This document shows positions 13,607 through 26,888 of a stretch of DNA of 64,000 nt, piece after piece. The notes under the pieces were generated by a model that did not search any database, was not told the DNA's origin, and saw only the letters and a program-made list of their open reading frames with translations. Location: positions 3,224,001 to 3,288,000 of the forward strand of contig OZ024746.1 of assembly GCA_964016885.1 (NCBI GenBank). The letters run 5' to 3'. The translations under genes and the position numbers were made by a program. Source of the stretch: Eledone cirrhosa (taxonomy: Eukaryota). How positions within the stretch are numbered: position 1 is the stretch's first letter; the number at the start of each line of letters is the position of its first letter.

Positions 13607-14200
13607 GTTAGTATACAATGTTTTTTAGTCTGTTTTACTTTTTATCATTATATTATCAGATAATTACAAAGTGTGCATGGTGGAGATGGAACAAACCACT
13701 ACATCGTTTTGTAGAGGAAATCTTCCCTGATTTAGAATGAACAATTAAGGAAAAAAAAACAACTATTTAGTTTTAAACAATGGATTTTTGGCAAGCAGTT
13801 CCAATTTCTAATTGTGGCCATTTCACTTCAGTTATGTTGTTAATGCCGTGAAGAAAGGCAGGAAGAAAAGCAGTGAAGATTTACACTTATACTCCCTTTT
13901 GCCAATAGATCTCAACTCGTGTCTGTTAAAATCCATTTGTTTTTGTTCTTTTTTTTTTCAATATTTGGAAATCAAAATATTAAACATTGTAGTAGATGCC
14001 TACTAATTTTAAATTGAAGAATGTTCTTTTTGTTTTTAATTTTGAAGTATTTTAAAATTATTTTTATTGTGTTTCAAATAAAAATTTTAAAATATATATA
14101 ATTAAAGAATTATTAAAAATATATTTTCGACTACCATCTGCTAACATTTCTGGCGCTGCTCACAGCTTCCTTACAGTTCAGTTCTCATCTTCCATTTCAG

Positions 14201-14365
14201 CCTGCAGTGTAAATTCTATTACATTCCATCTGAACCTGAAGGCACTGAAAGAAGGAAATTCATTCAAGCACAAACTGAGCATGCATTGCAAAGCATAATA
14301 CGTCCTGCGGCCTCTGCATTGTTGTCATGTTTGCAGAGTTCAGATTATTTAGAAGCAGATATGAG
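14201..14365 (+). CDS. ARHGAP35: p190 RhoGAP-like exon 6 (end of pG1 to start of pG2)
   Basis: catttcag acceptor and gtaaga donor. NLQCKFYYIP...DYLEADMR is in frame; LQCxF and ADxRI are p190 motifs. Confidence 0.88.
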
Positions 14366-14504
14366 GTAAGAATTTCTTATGGTTCACTACATTTCAGATG
14401 TTTTTCTAACAACTTCAACTAGTAGTTTTGTTTTGTTTCTAATTTTGTCATGGAAATTCATGTAATACATTGTTGTAATTTGAAATTTAAGCTCATGTAT
14501 TCTT

Positions 14505-14728
14505 TTAACCCTTTCATGACCATATTTCTAATGAAATACACTCTATTTTGATTAATTAATGAAGAATTTTGACGGATTTATTAAAATTATTATTTCATTA
14601 CTTGATGTAAAGTTCTTATATAAAATTATATTGGGAAATTTTAATATAAATTAGGAACCTTTAAAATGGATGGCTTTATTTCATAGGACCAGAGCTGGTT
14701 TTGGTTGGGTTAGTAACTAAAGGGTTAA
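14505..14728 (-). mobile_element. piggyBac-type MITE family 2, complete copy
   Basis: TTAA-CCCTTTCATG ... ACTAAAGGG-TTAA; reverse complement of 11928-12136. Confidence 0.85.
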
Positions 14729-15273
14729 GTGTTATTAGAAAGTGTGGTTATCTTATTAAGAGTCAATATAATGAATGTTAGGTGTTTAAGGATATATTTT
14801 TGTGGGTTGCTATGAATTGGATAACTTTTACATGTTGATACATTTAGTGGGATTCTTGATTCCTTTAGAAATCTGTGACAAAGGTATCTTGAGTTCCAGT
14901 AAAGCTTGTGGCATTATGTTTCTCAATCTGCAACCATTGTGTCTTTGTCTTTATTTTATCTAATAATTTGGTTATTAACCCTTTCAATAACAACAACCAA
15001 CCCCAAAACCACCTCTGGCTCTCTGAAACAGAACCAACCATTTTAAAGGGTTCCTATTTAAATATTAAAATCTTCCAACATAATTTGACATAATCTGTTG
15101 TTAACTTATATAACAAATATCATCATCATAATGAAATAATTATTTTAGCAAATCCCACCAAATTAATTAATTAATTAATATCCAGTGTATTTCTTTTTAA
15201 ATAAGTTAATTAATTTGTTTGCTCTGTGTATATTAAATTATTAATACCTGTCTGAAATTTCCATCTCTTTCAG

Positions 15274-15531
15274 AATTGCTGTATGTATGATGTGTGGGGA
15301 TAAATTTCCCATGGAATTTGCTCTTGCCCCATTGCTCAATCAAGAATTCTTCCGTGTTGTTAATAAGGATAATGGCCAATGGCTGGTTGATATATTCCTA
15401 GATGATCTTAGAGTGAGATTGGACATCATGTTAACTTCATATCATGGTGCTAACCTCATGAGGGACACACCTTTTCATGGTTATATATTGATTTACTCAG
15501 ATCACAGACAAGCTTCCCTTTCAACAATGAG
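15274..15531 (+). CDS. ARHGAP35: p190 RhoGAP-like exon 7 (pseudoGTPase pG2)
   Basis: ctctttcag acceptor and gttggt donor. RIAVCMMCGDKF...TSYHGA...FHGYILIYSDHRQASLSTMR matches p190 pG2 RIVMCxMCGDPF...SYH...HGYILVYSxxRxAS. Confidence 0.93.
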
Positions 15532-15791
15532 GTTGGTATTTTATTTCATACTCTGACAAGATTTTTACTAGTAATTTACTTTACACTGTAGCCTAGTAGG
15601 GAACACTCTGTGATCTCATGCCTGTTCCTTACAGTTACTCTCGGGTCTTGAATAAACGTTGTTGTCATCATCCCCCCTTTATTAATTAGATTTCCTCTCA
15701 GCTCATCTGTTCTGTGTTGTTTATACGTACTAACATTACACATGTGAAAGAGCATGCTCAATTCATTTCTTTCTAACCTTCTATACTTCAG

Positions 15792-15970
15792 AGCATTTGC
15801 AGCTCATCTGCAACACCAGTTACCCATTCTAGTCCTCGCTATTACCGATGATATTGGTACAGCTCTATTGCATGATGACAATGTTACCACTTTGATCTCA
15901 GAGGGAAGTGCTGTGGCTGAGAAACTGAAAGCATACTTCATGACTACTTCACACACTTTCCAACACCAAC
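15792..15970 (+). CDS. ARHGAP35: p190 RhoGAP-like exon 8 (pG2)
   Basis: tacttcag acceptor and gtatgt donor. RAFAAHLQHQLPILVLAITD...LISEGSAVAEKLKAYFMT is in frame. Confidence 0.9.
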
Positions 15971-17002
15971 GTATGTATTAACATTTTATTCTCGAGTGAA
16001 AACATTTTTCTTTTTCAAAATACTAAAATATATCGGCATAATTTACTCAGTAGTTGATAAAAAATTACCTGATTGCAATCAGTCTTATTTGTTTTGAGAT
16101 TGTATGATTTAGTTTTAAAAATTCAACTGTTGGTATTGTTTTCTGTCTTTCTCAACTGTGAACCATGTTTCTCTGATTCTGAACCACTAAAACAGGTGAA
16201 CACGGACATGGCCAAGTATTTAAGACATCTGTTTCATTATGATAAGGATCTCAGTTCCATCCCGCTGTGTGGGATTTTAAGCAAGTGTGTTTTACCATAA
16301 CTTTGGGTAAACCCAAACCCTGTAGGTGAAATTGGGCAATGAAAACTGTGTAAATCCACTCTAATGGATTGTACCTGTGATTACAGCCTTTATGTTGATT
16401 CAGCTTAAAAATTACATTAAATGTACATGTGTCTGTGTCTATAGATTACCCAGCCACTTAATTTAATAAGTAGTTCAGTTGAGCCAGGGAAACAAGTTAA
16501 GTTTTAGAAAAGAAATATTGGACTGTCAGTGGATACAGTTGGGTTGGTCTCAGGGATTCCAACATGAACATTATTGTTCCACTTGACACAGTCAACACTC
16601 ATAGTATTTTTTTTTTTATTCTTTGTTCAATATTATACAAATAACTTTTTTTGTAATTAGTTTCATGTAGGAGACTATGAACACAAAACAAAGCAATGAA
16701 AATGTTATATTTTTCTTTTGTTAATCCATATTTAATATACGGTAATCTAGCTTGAGGTAGTGTCAAGAAGACAAAATTTAGTAAACTTCATTCTTTACAA
16801 AAATGTCCAATCAGGATTATATCAAATGCTGCCTCTCTTGGACATTAATGCTTGATAATAAAATACTAATGTTTATGAAATAAATTTAGCTGCTGATTTG
16901 AGACTAATGTTGAAAGTTTATCACAATTGTACACCAAAACGTGTTCAAGAAAAATTTATAAAGAATATTCACAAATATCTGATGAAGTATTCTAGGGCAA
17001 CA

Positions 17003-17226
17003 TTAACTCTAGCATTTAAACCGGCCATATCCGGCCGGAACCCTCTCACCTCTTTCAGTTCAAACTGGCCATAACTGGCCACTCATAGTGATGTTAAGGT
17101 ATTGTTCTCAAAATAAACAATATCAAAATCTCAGATTCGATATTATGCGAGATAATATGTAAGATAAAACCTTTACCACAAAAATACAATAGTATATATA
17201 GAGTAATGTAAAAGCTAAAGGGTTAA
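17003..17226 (+). mobile_element. piggyBac-type MITE family 1
   Basis: ttaactctagcatttaaaccggcc ... gctaaagggttaa; reverse-complement similar to 6781-6997. Confidence 0.8.
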
Positions 17227-17808
17227 AATGTAATTGTTTTACCATAACAAAAATTAATAAATTCAACTACCCTCATTGTGGACGAATTATCTGGAATCAT
17301 TTTGTGTGCAAAGATATAACACTTCAACACTTCCAGACTCAAAAGATGTAAAGAATATATTAAAAAGATGTTGAGTAAACAACAGACTAGTTTCTGGTAA
17401 AAACCTACCATTTTTAGTAATGTTAAAAATTATTTCAAAATTTGGAAATAAAATGAAAAAATTACTTTACATAAAGTGTCCCTTTTACAGGCCATCATGA
17501 AAAGGGTGGTAGTTTTTTTTTTAAATAATTCTCAATGGCCTCCCTAGCCTAGTGTATTTTCAATAATGAACCACTTCATTCCATTACTAAGAATTTTTTT
17601 ATTCTCTTTGTAAATAATGTATCATACTTTTTTACAACTTTTAATATTTTAATTCCATACACGGTTGTGAAATTAATTTCTAATTAGGATTATTTACCTT
17701 CTAAAATATTACCCATCCTATAGCAGGTAATTTTAGAAGTATACATTTCCCACTGTTACAGGAGGTAAATAAATAAAGATCTATAAATAAATATGTGTAT
17801 CTGATTTA

Positions 17809-17990
17809 GTGGAGGCACGTGACCTAGCAGTAAGGGTGTTGGACTTATGATCATAATGTTGTGGGTTCAATTCCTGGGTTGGGCTGCATGTTGTGTTCTT
17901 GAGCAAAGCACTTCATTTAATGTTGCTCCTGTATACTCAGCTAAAAATGAGCACCAGCTGGGGGTTTAACCCTGCGTTGGACTAAATACC
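17809..17990 (+). mobile_element. tRNA-derived SINE family C (CORE-like; reverse copies ~39075-39250 and 46400-46672)
   Basis: tRNA-like head with GGTTCAATTCC B-box followed by gtgttcttgagcaa.gcactt. Confidence 0.75.
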
Positions 17991-18047
17991 CCTTTAGATT
18001 AAAAAAGTGACCAGCAGTGACTGCTAGCCTGGCCCATTTTTCTATCT

Positions 18048-19697
18048 GAATGCCCTTTACAAAATAATTGCCTTGATAAGAATTTAGTATATAAATGCAC
18101 CGTTAAAACAAATAATAATATTACCTAGAACTACATAGGTGCAACTTTAAACTTCTTTTTTCCAATCATAAACATTCTTTCTCTAATCCACATAAAAGAT
18201 TTTCTACTTCGTTATCACAATTAATATGGTATTTAAAAGAGAAAAATATAAAATACTCAATTTCTTGGGTTAAACTTAGAAACTCTGAATCATATCGGAA
18301 TGCTTCCATCTCACCAATCTGCCATCTTTGCAATTTGGAAACTCTATTAATAATTACTAATTATGGTAATTTAATTAATTTAAAAAATGAGTTTTTTGCA
18401 ACTTGCCTTCATAAAACGGGAAAATCATTTTAGCATCATTTAAATTTAGAAAAAAACACTGAATGAGTGAAAAAATATCGACTTTTATTAATAATTTTTG
18501 AAATGCTACCATTGTTATTATATATAATGTTTGACCTTACCTTATAAAATTGCATATTGGCTCTTTTATATGGTGAGTTAATCTCATGATTGACTAAATA
18601 CCTTTAGTTCGGTTTTAGAATCGTCTTTGTATAACTTGAATTTTCTAAATTTGTGATGTGAAACACCTCCTGGCTTTCAAAGCATTTAGCTAATTTAAAA
18701 GATCAGATATGTTGTACGGAGCTCATTTGTTTACATTATCGTATATAATTTTCGTTTTTATCCAAATGGATTAATAATGTATATTTAACATAATTTATAC
18801 TGTTGCATATAGTAAGATTAGGTTGATTCGAAATAATAATACTTTCAAGAGTATATATAACTATTAATTAATCCTATATGTAATTGACAACTATTGATTT
18901 AAACCGTTTGTAATGTTAATAATTCTAAACATTGTATAAAATGCATATACAGATGGTGATATGTGATTAAGTTATGATAAATATACTCATACATATTTAC
19001 TATATTTGTAAACTTCATTTGTAGGTTAAATGTTTCTGATTTTGAATTTTGTAACAAAAAATTGAAAATATTTCATATTGTTTAATTTTGATTTAATATA
19101 TTAGTATAATACAATAGATAGTAATAATTTTAACGGTATTTAATTGGTCGCTTCTACCTGACTTAATATTTAAAAACAACTGTTACGCATCACGTATCTT
19201 TCTTTCTTTCCCGTTGCAGTTATGTATTCCATCCTATCTTTTATCTTCATCTTTTTTCTTTCCCTCCTCTCTTCTATTTAGCACTCTCTCTCTCTCTCTC
19301 TCTGTTCTGCTTCTTCTCTAACATGAATATTTAAATATTTTAACATTTTTGTACTTAATGTGCTTATTTATTTATTTCTTCTATATTTTCTCCCCCCCCC
19401 CCCCTCTTGATACTTATATCTCGCCACATCCCTCTCTTCATCATATTTAGTTTGTCATGTCATTCCTTCTTGTGGTATATAAACATAATTTTGTTGTAAT
19501 AAATCACTGCCAAGACTGAAACTAAACCATCAAGACAGTTGAGGTATGTCGTACATCAATTTATGTATTTTATCTGATGAGGACGTACTGAAAAAACAGC
19601 ACAGTACCTCTGAAATATATATAATAAAACATATATTTTGATTATGTGAAAGTCTTCATTTATTAATATTTTGAATAATATATATATATATATATAA
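18048..19697 (+). mobile_element. 5'-truncated Penelope-like retroelement: decayed GIY-YIG endonuclease, long AT-rich 3' region, terminal hammerhead, (TA)n
   Basis: Manual translation gives CPLQNNCLDKNLVYKCTVKT...NYIG (GIY-YIG), then TSLSQLIWYLKEKNIKYSISWVKL...ICHLCNLETLLII...LINLKNEFFATCLHK. Homologous to ORF 43507..43821. Confidence 0.85.
19555..19642 (+). ncRNA. minimal type I hammerhead ribozyme (Penelope-like element terminus)
   Basis: CTGATGA 19574-19580; stem II GGACGTACTG/CAGTACCTCT; GAAA 19612-19615; short stem III with palindromic TATATA; AUA triplet (cut predicted after 19623); stem I ttttat/ataaaa extending to atcaa/ttgat. Confidence 0.85.
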
Positions 19698-19769
19698 ACT
19701 CTTATTGAGTCCTCTCTGGATTATGCTCTTTGTATATGTTATTACTAGTTGGCTGGAACATGTAAGAGT

Positions 19770-19820
<51 letters not shown>

Positions 19821-19871
19821 GTAGAAAATGTATGTATAAAGATAGTTTTGCTATCTGTTCTTCTCTTTCAG

Positions 19872-20064
19872 ATTCTGTATTCACACCTTTCTTTAATGAT
19901 GCATGGATTCACCGTGAAGACACAGAAAATTTTTTCATCCGCAACCTTGAGCCACCATCGCCGCCCTTGTCGGAATCAAACCCAAACATCGACAAAAGGC
20001 CCCCAGCCCCACTGCCCAAGCCAAATGATCTGTATCACACAACCAAGAGCAGTACAAGCAATAG
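19872..20064 (+). CDS. ARHGAP35: p190 RhoGAP-like exon 9 (end of pG2, Pro-rich linker)
   Basis: ctctttcag acceptor and gtgcgt donor. HSVFTPFFNDAW...EPPSPPLSESNPNIDKRPPAPLPKP is in frame with exon 8. Confidence 0.88.
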
Positions 20065-22664
20065 GTGCGTCTCGCCAGACTGTGGTTGGTTAGTATATTA
20101 AGAATGCATCCGTGTACATGTAGGGAATCAACTTTGACTTATTTCTTACAAAATTTCTGAATATAATTTAAACAAAAAAAATACAAAATACAAAGAAAAC
20201 TACACTACAAACTGAATTGTCCTCTCTTGCACAATGTAGGCACAAATAGATTGGAACTGAGGCTCATGTATTCTATCTGGACAGCTTTTATTTCTCTGAT
20301 TAACTTTAAAAAATATATATATTTACTAATATAATACCTTCACTGCTAATCATGTATCAACCGAAAGAGTTCTAACAATTTGACTCTGTTACACATATTA
20401 TCAAATAAGAGGCCAACTCCTCGTCTTTTAGTGTCTAGGATCAGTTATGGAAGATACTGGTAGATGGCAGAAAATCTAAACCAATTACAGCATAAGGTGA
20501 AACCTGGATATATCTGTGTTTTGCCATTATTATACACATTTTCATCTCCAGAAAATTTCCATGGTTTGCCATGGATATGTTACTTAACTGTTGGATTCTA
20601 GTCTTTTTCAATCATCCTAATCAGTCTTCTTCGCAGAGGTAGGTTGTTTACATTTGGTCTTTACATTTTGTTCTATTTTGTGTTTAGTCTTTCATTTCTG
20701 TAGAGTTCTTTTGGTATTCTTGCTGTAGGCCTGCCTTTGTTTCGTTTGTTGAAATGGAGATAAGGCTATGCTTTAACTCGATCAGGCTGGATGTCTACCT
20801 CCAAACTAATATCTTCCAAGTAATCTAAAGTCAAAGGTGGATTAACAATGCTAATGCTGTAATCAGTTTTCTGCTCTTATGTTTCAAAGCAAGCAAATCT
20901 TTTTATGGAAATTTTCCTCTTTCTAAAGTAAAACATTATTCTGGTAGTTAGATGAAAGGAAATCCTGGCCTGAATGAGTTAAACCAGTGGTAACAGAGTT
21001 CTATTGAAAATTACTTGGGAATACCGGCTTCCCACTTTTGTTGTAAATTTAAAAGTTTGCAAGCTTGAAACAAACTGAAGAAATGTGCCATTTACCACAG
21101 TTACAATGCAGTATTACAACACATTTGTCACCTAATAATGCATTACTCATTCATATATCATCTCGTCATCCAGCAAATTTGATTGCTACACATGTCCCAA
21201 GCTAGATATTAATAGAACTCTGTTCGTACTTTTGTTGCAGTACCTCTGCTTTTCTCTATATTCTGATCTGAGTTCAGAAGGCCATTTGCTTCACTGACAT
21301 TTTAAATTGCTGCACATTTAGGTATTATTATTATTACTGTTGTTATTACTATTGTTGTTATTATTTATCGTTACAGTGGCGAGCTTTGTTGTATAGTGGT
21401 ATGTTCCTGGTGAGCTCAGTCCGTGACCCGGTTTCAGTTCCCAGCTGGAACTGCTTCTATTTACAATGCTATTGCCCATGGGAAAGGCATGACTGTAAAA
21501 ATCTCCCTTTTCCCTCCCCTTTAAATCTGAGACATTGTGCTTTTCAAGATATTATCGTCATTATGATGAGCGTGGTTATTGCTCTTAAGAGCTTTTATCC
21601 TGTGATCCTCTTAATCCCAATATATCTTGCACCCTACATCTGCTGTGTAGCTCTCTGAGCCCCACAGTGCCCACCATGCCTGTTAAGTATGAAAGTAATA
21701 CTGTTTTCTTGGCTTTTGTTATTTTAAAGGATCTTCTGGAGTTTAAGCAGCAGATCAATAAAATAATTGTTTTTCATATTTCTAAACCAAATGCGCATAC
21801 TCTTGCAGATTTTTTGATAACCAGAATTTGAATGCGAGTTTACTTGAATTAATCTGTGAAAATTTGTTTCATTTTGGTACTAAATTGTATTTTTTTGCTT
21901 TTCTTTGTTTTTGTAACTATTTTGAACACATTCCATGTATGAATTAACTGAAGTAATTTCATTTAGGAAAAAAAAAATTAGTATGGAGCTCATAGACTAA
22001 AAGCTTGACTTGTTTGATATGTTAAGGTTTATTTTTTACTGTTATAAGTTTCAACTTACACTTCAGCTTATGACCTAAACTTTGGCATCTCTCAGGCTTT
22101 CTAGAAGATAAATTCTACTTTTCCACTTTTCTCTTTCTGCTTTCATGCTTAAAATGTATTCTGAATGGTTTGCTTTAAATTTCTAAGTAAAAGCAAATTT
22201 TTCTATCTCTAATTAATTTATTATTATTGTTTGTTGTTATTGTTGTAAATTGTGCCTGTAATATTCCCTATCTGTTGCTCTTGCGGCAACAAAAAAAATG
22301 ATATCCGATGTTGTTATTATCATCTTATAATATGAAGTTATGAGATAAGTGCCAGGCACAATTGACTAGAGTTCCTCCCTACAATTTTGTGGCCTTATGT
22401 TAGAGTGAAACATCTAACAAGATTAAGTGGAATGTAATATGTTGTATTTCAAAGTTCTCACAATTACACCCGAGTCTATTGTAAACAGAATTTCAGGTTA
22501 TGGTGGACAGTCTGGGGCTGACCAATTTAAAATAGAAAGAGGAAAAATTACTTAGTGGGGATAAAATAGCATTTGGTCTTCGTGGTATTGTTTTGTGCTT
22601 ATTCCAAATATTTGCAACATTATTGCTAGTAATTAAAGCCAGTGAGCTTTCTATTTCTCTGCAG

Positions 22665-22879
22665 TCAGAGCACAGAAGATTCGGAACCGTTGTATGATCA
22701 TTTGGTTTTTCCCAACCAGTACCATTCAGACAGTGAACAAGAACGAGCGTCCTCTCCTTCTTCACCTCCCATTTCATCACCAACTGACTATGAAATTATC
22801 AGTAGTATAGCTGCTCAGACAAATGGAGAACATCTTATAAAACCAAGTGAAATAAAGAGCCGACGTAACAAATATGTCG
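22665..22879 (+). CDS. ARHGAP35: p190 RhoGAP-like exon 10 (Ser-rich middle domain)
   Basis: ttctctgcag acceptor and gtgagt donor. SQSTEDSEPLYDHL...TDYEII...LIKPSEIKSRR; phase 2 start matches exon 9 and it ends in phase 1. Confidence 0.85.
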
Positions 22880-24220
22880 GTGAGTATAGTTGCAATTAAT
22901 TTACATATTTCATTATAACATATTGATTCTGTGAATTTGATAAATGCCTTTTTATATTTTTCCAGATAACACAAAATAAATTGGTTTCTAATTCTGTTAT
23001 AGAGTTTTTGAGATATGCAGACATCCTTGTTGAGATAATTATATTTCACTTGGCACTCTTGCAGTCTTTTCACTGTCAATCAGTGCCAAGCCCAGTTCAT
23101 AAAGCAGCAAAGCAGCAAAATATAACAAATTTCCTCTATTGAGACTGACTTCCTGCTTAGTTACCCTCATTTTTACTTCAGCTTTCATTCCTTCTTTCCT
23201 ATACAAGCACACATGCATGTACACAACACCCATATGTGTGTGTGTGTATATATACAAAATTTAGTTCTATATATGAACACACACAAACACGCACACACAC
23301 ATAGATGGGTTCATGCACTTAAACACAAACCAAATATTTTCTGTGATGGAACAGAGATAATCAACAAAACATGCTTTGTATTTTAATGCTATCTGCCTAG
23401 ACATTTGAACATATCATCATCATTTTTATATCTGCTTTTCCATGCTTGCATGGGTTGGGTGGGTTCTTCTCAGCATGGTATCTATCCACATGTGATCCTT
23501 TGTCATCTCCTCTGTGAGTCTCAGTGATCTGAGGTCAGCTCTCACAAAGATTCTAAATTCAATTCAAGTTTCTATTATTGAGCAGCAACAGAATGTCCTC
23601 TGATTTTATTCAAAATTTTACATAATTTGACAGCAGAAACATTGTTGGTTAGATTAATTTTATCATTGTGATTCATCTTGTTACAAAGACAAGTAGTTAA
23701 TGTTTGAAGTATTTTAGTTTTACTATTTACATTGATACTGTTGATGCAGTTTTGTCTAAGCAGATCTGTCACAAAGGCAGCTGATTAAATAAAGCATGAT
23801 TCAACACAGATGACTATGGCCATCACAAATTTTGGGAGATGCTGAGATAAGATATTTAAGGCAGTAAATTAGCAGTCATTGGTGTGTATTAGATAAAATG
23901 TCTTGTGGAATTCATTTATGCTGCCTCTGCTCTTAGTCCAAATTCTGCCACGGTCAACTTTTGTCTTTTCAAAAAGAAGGTACTAGTTTAATGGAATTAT
24001 TAGAGCATTGCATTGTATGATTTGCAGTAATTGTTCTGAGTCTCTACTGTGGCCTACATGGATTCTAGACTTAATATACAACCTTGTTTAACAGAGCCAC
24101 CTGGCTCTTGGATGCTTGTATCAGAGTCCATTCTGTTGCAATTCTATTGACCAGGTCTCTAGTTTGAATATACCTTCCTTCTAACTATATGTATGTATAT
24201 CTCTTCTGTTTGGGAATTTG

Positions 24221-25505
24221 TTAACCCTTTAGTGTTCAAACCGCCCAAAATCACCCAAAATTATTTCCCCTTCATTTGTTCAAAATGCCCGAAATCGACC
24301 ACACTAAAAAATCGTTCTAAAAATAAACAAACCATCATCAAAATCTCGTCAATTCGAGACTGCTGCGAGATTAGGCCCTTACCGCAAAAATTAACACTTA
24401 ATGTAGTGGAACAACTTAAAACAAGTGGTTTTTTAACTTTGAAAGTGCAACAAATATTTTTTTGTATCAACATGGCTTATGAAAGTAGCGATACTGACTT
24501 TGAAGGTTTTACACACGACGACATTCAAAATAAACAAGAAACAAACGATAATATTAGTGATTTATCTTCAAATGAATCTGATGTTTATGTTTCTGAAATT
24601 TCCTCCGATGATGATTATTGTTTTGAAAGTGAAAACGAAGGAGGTCTCCAGGGCGCCATTGAAAATATTACAGCAACGTGGTTGAAAAATACCACACCAA
24701 TATATGTTCCCGATTTTATTCAAAATACTGGTCCACAACATACATTAGCTCCCGATGCTAAAGCACTGGATTATTTCTTTTTGTTTTTACCACAAACTTT
24801 CTTCGAAGTTGTGGCAGAAGAGATTAATCGATATGTCCAACAACAGATTTCAAATCAAGGAAAACCCGATCAGTTATGGCGACCGACAGATGCTGCGGAA
24901 ATGCAAGCATTTTTTACCGTATATATTATGTTCGGTATAAAACAATTTCCAAGACTGTGGAATTTCTGGAACACTGATACATGGTTTAGTGATTCTTATA
25001 TATCAAATATTATGCCGAAAACAACGTATTTAAAATTAAACGAGTATTTGCACCTGGTTGATACTTCAAATGCCCCTATAAATTAATTTCACCTGCCCAT
25101 AAAAGTCAAATTTGACCAAAAAAATCAGGTAAAATTATATAATTGTAAATTATTGATATTTAAACATCTACTGACAAAATTTCAAGCCTGCACATAGAAA
25201 ATTAAGAAAATTACAAACAAATAAAATTGATAACCCTCTTGAGTATGAAAATAATTGTTTCTACTTTTTGGCACAAGGACAGCAATTACCCAGTGCATTA
25301 CTGGTACTTTATTTTATCGACTCCGTAAGGATGAAAGGCAAAGTCAACCTCAGCGGGATTTGAACTCAGATCGTAAAGGGACGTAACTATGCTGGAAAGC
25401 ATGGCGTCCGACCCTCTACTGATACTGCCAATCCACCGTTAACTGAAAATAATGCAAACAGATAAGCATGATGTTTGAAAATTAATGCGAATGCTAAAGG
25501 GTTAA
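24221..25505 (+). mobile_element. internally deleted piggyBac transposon with a nested SINE
   Basis: TTAA at 24221-24224 and 25502-25505; TIRs CCCTTTAGTGTTC / GAATGCTAAAGGG; SINE in reverse orientation at ~25250-25440. Confidence 0.88.
24472..25086 (+). pseudogene. truncated piggyBac (PGBD4-like) transposase
   Basis: Acidic N-terminus MAYESSDTDFEGF, then LDYFFLFLP...EINRY...WRPTDAAEMQAFF...FW...ISNIMP...YLHLVD. Stops before the DDD catalytic core. Confidence 0.85.
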
Positions 25506-25509
25506 AGGA

Positions 25510-26530
25510 CGAGCCGGATATCTGGAAAGGCACTTAAGCAATGTCAATCGGGAATGATAATCCCAATTTTCAAAAAGTAAGATGAGAGATTGCTCCAGTT
25601 ATAGAGGGATCTCCTTGTTAAGTTTGCCCAGTAAAGTTTATGCTAAGTGCCTAGCAAAAAGATGTTGGGAGATTATGTCCAAGCTAGCTGATGAACAGTG
25701 TGGTTTTCACCCTGGATGCAGCACAGCCAACCAAATATTCACACTGCGGCAGGTCTTTGAGAAATCATGGAAGTACTGCCAAGCGGTGTATGCTTGCTTC
25801 GTAAACCTAAAAAAGCATATAACCACATTCCATAAGACCTGCTATAGAAGGTTCTGCAAGAGTATGGGATCAATGGTCAGTTTTTTGTTGCCCTAATGTC
25901 TCTATACGGATACCCTAGTATTTGTGTTGAGATAAATGGTGTTAAATCGAAACCATTCAATGTGAGTCCAGTCTCTGCTAAAGGTGAACTTCTTTTGTTT
26001 GTTATTTTCATGAACAGGATTGCCATGTGCAACTAGGTTGGAAGTGATATCAGGATTAGCAGGTGTAGAACCAATCAGCTGGAATTTGCAAATGACATGG
26101 TATTACTTAACTCATCAGAAGTTGATCTCTGACTTGCACTTAATAGGTCTGATGCTGTTTGCTGCATGGGTAGAATGAAAATCAGTGCTGTGAAGACTGA
26201 GACATTTGTCTTCTCAAAGAAGCCTGCACAGTGCACTTTATATGTGAGTGTATTTACACTGATGCAGGTGGAGCAGTGAAAGTATCTTGGGCTCATGTTC
26301 ACAAGTGAGGCAGGAGGCTGAATTAAGTGCAAGAAATGTAAGAGCTGGTACAGTAATGTGCCAGCTTTGACATTCACTAATTAGAAGAATGATGATAGGT
26401 GTGAAAGCTAAACTATCTTCAATTCAGTATTCATGCCAAAACCCTTACGCATAGTCATGAATCTTGGGTAATGACTGAAAGTATATGATTGCAAATATAT
26501 AGAAAGGGTCTTTGGAGTAACGTTACTTTG
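25510..26530 (+). mobile_element. decayed RTE-type LINE reverse transcriptase
   Basis: YRGISLLSLPSKVYAK..EQCGF.PG.ST..QIFTLRQ, plus later FANDMVL and KYLG remnants; many stops. Confidence 0.8.
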
Positions 26531-26864
26531 ATAGAAGATTTTCAGTCATGCACACACATATACATACTCTGTCTTGTTCTCTCTTTCTTTCCCTCTCTCT
26601 CTCTCTCGTCATGATTTTTATTTTGTAAGAAAAGAGATTTACTTCAGAATCCATTGAAATAGATAATTAACTTGCTACTATGTCTACCTTTATATATATT
26701 CATGATATATTTAACTGAAATCATATATTCATGATATATTTAAACAAAATAAATTCTATATTATTTGATCTTTTCCTTATTCTTCTTCTGTATTCAATAT
26801 CTGGGAAAGTTTATGACTTAACATCGTTGGTTTGAAATACTGATTGAATTGAATCATTTTTCAG

Positions 26865-26888
26865 GGCCTGACGAAGATGATTTTGAAG
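26865..26888 (+). CDS. candidate 24-nt microexon (GPDEDDFE)
   Basis: atcatttttcag acceptor, stop-free phase 1-1, donor AAG/gtacaa (weak). Purine-rich coding-like island in T-rich surroundings. No transcript support. Confidence 0.45.

Noticed and set aside
17809-17890. tRNA gene
   Set aside because: The tRNA-like head continues into a SINE body and the cloverleaf is degenerate; the same applies to the other B-box-containing repeats.
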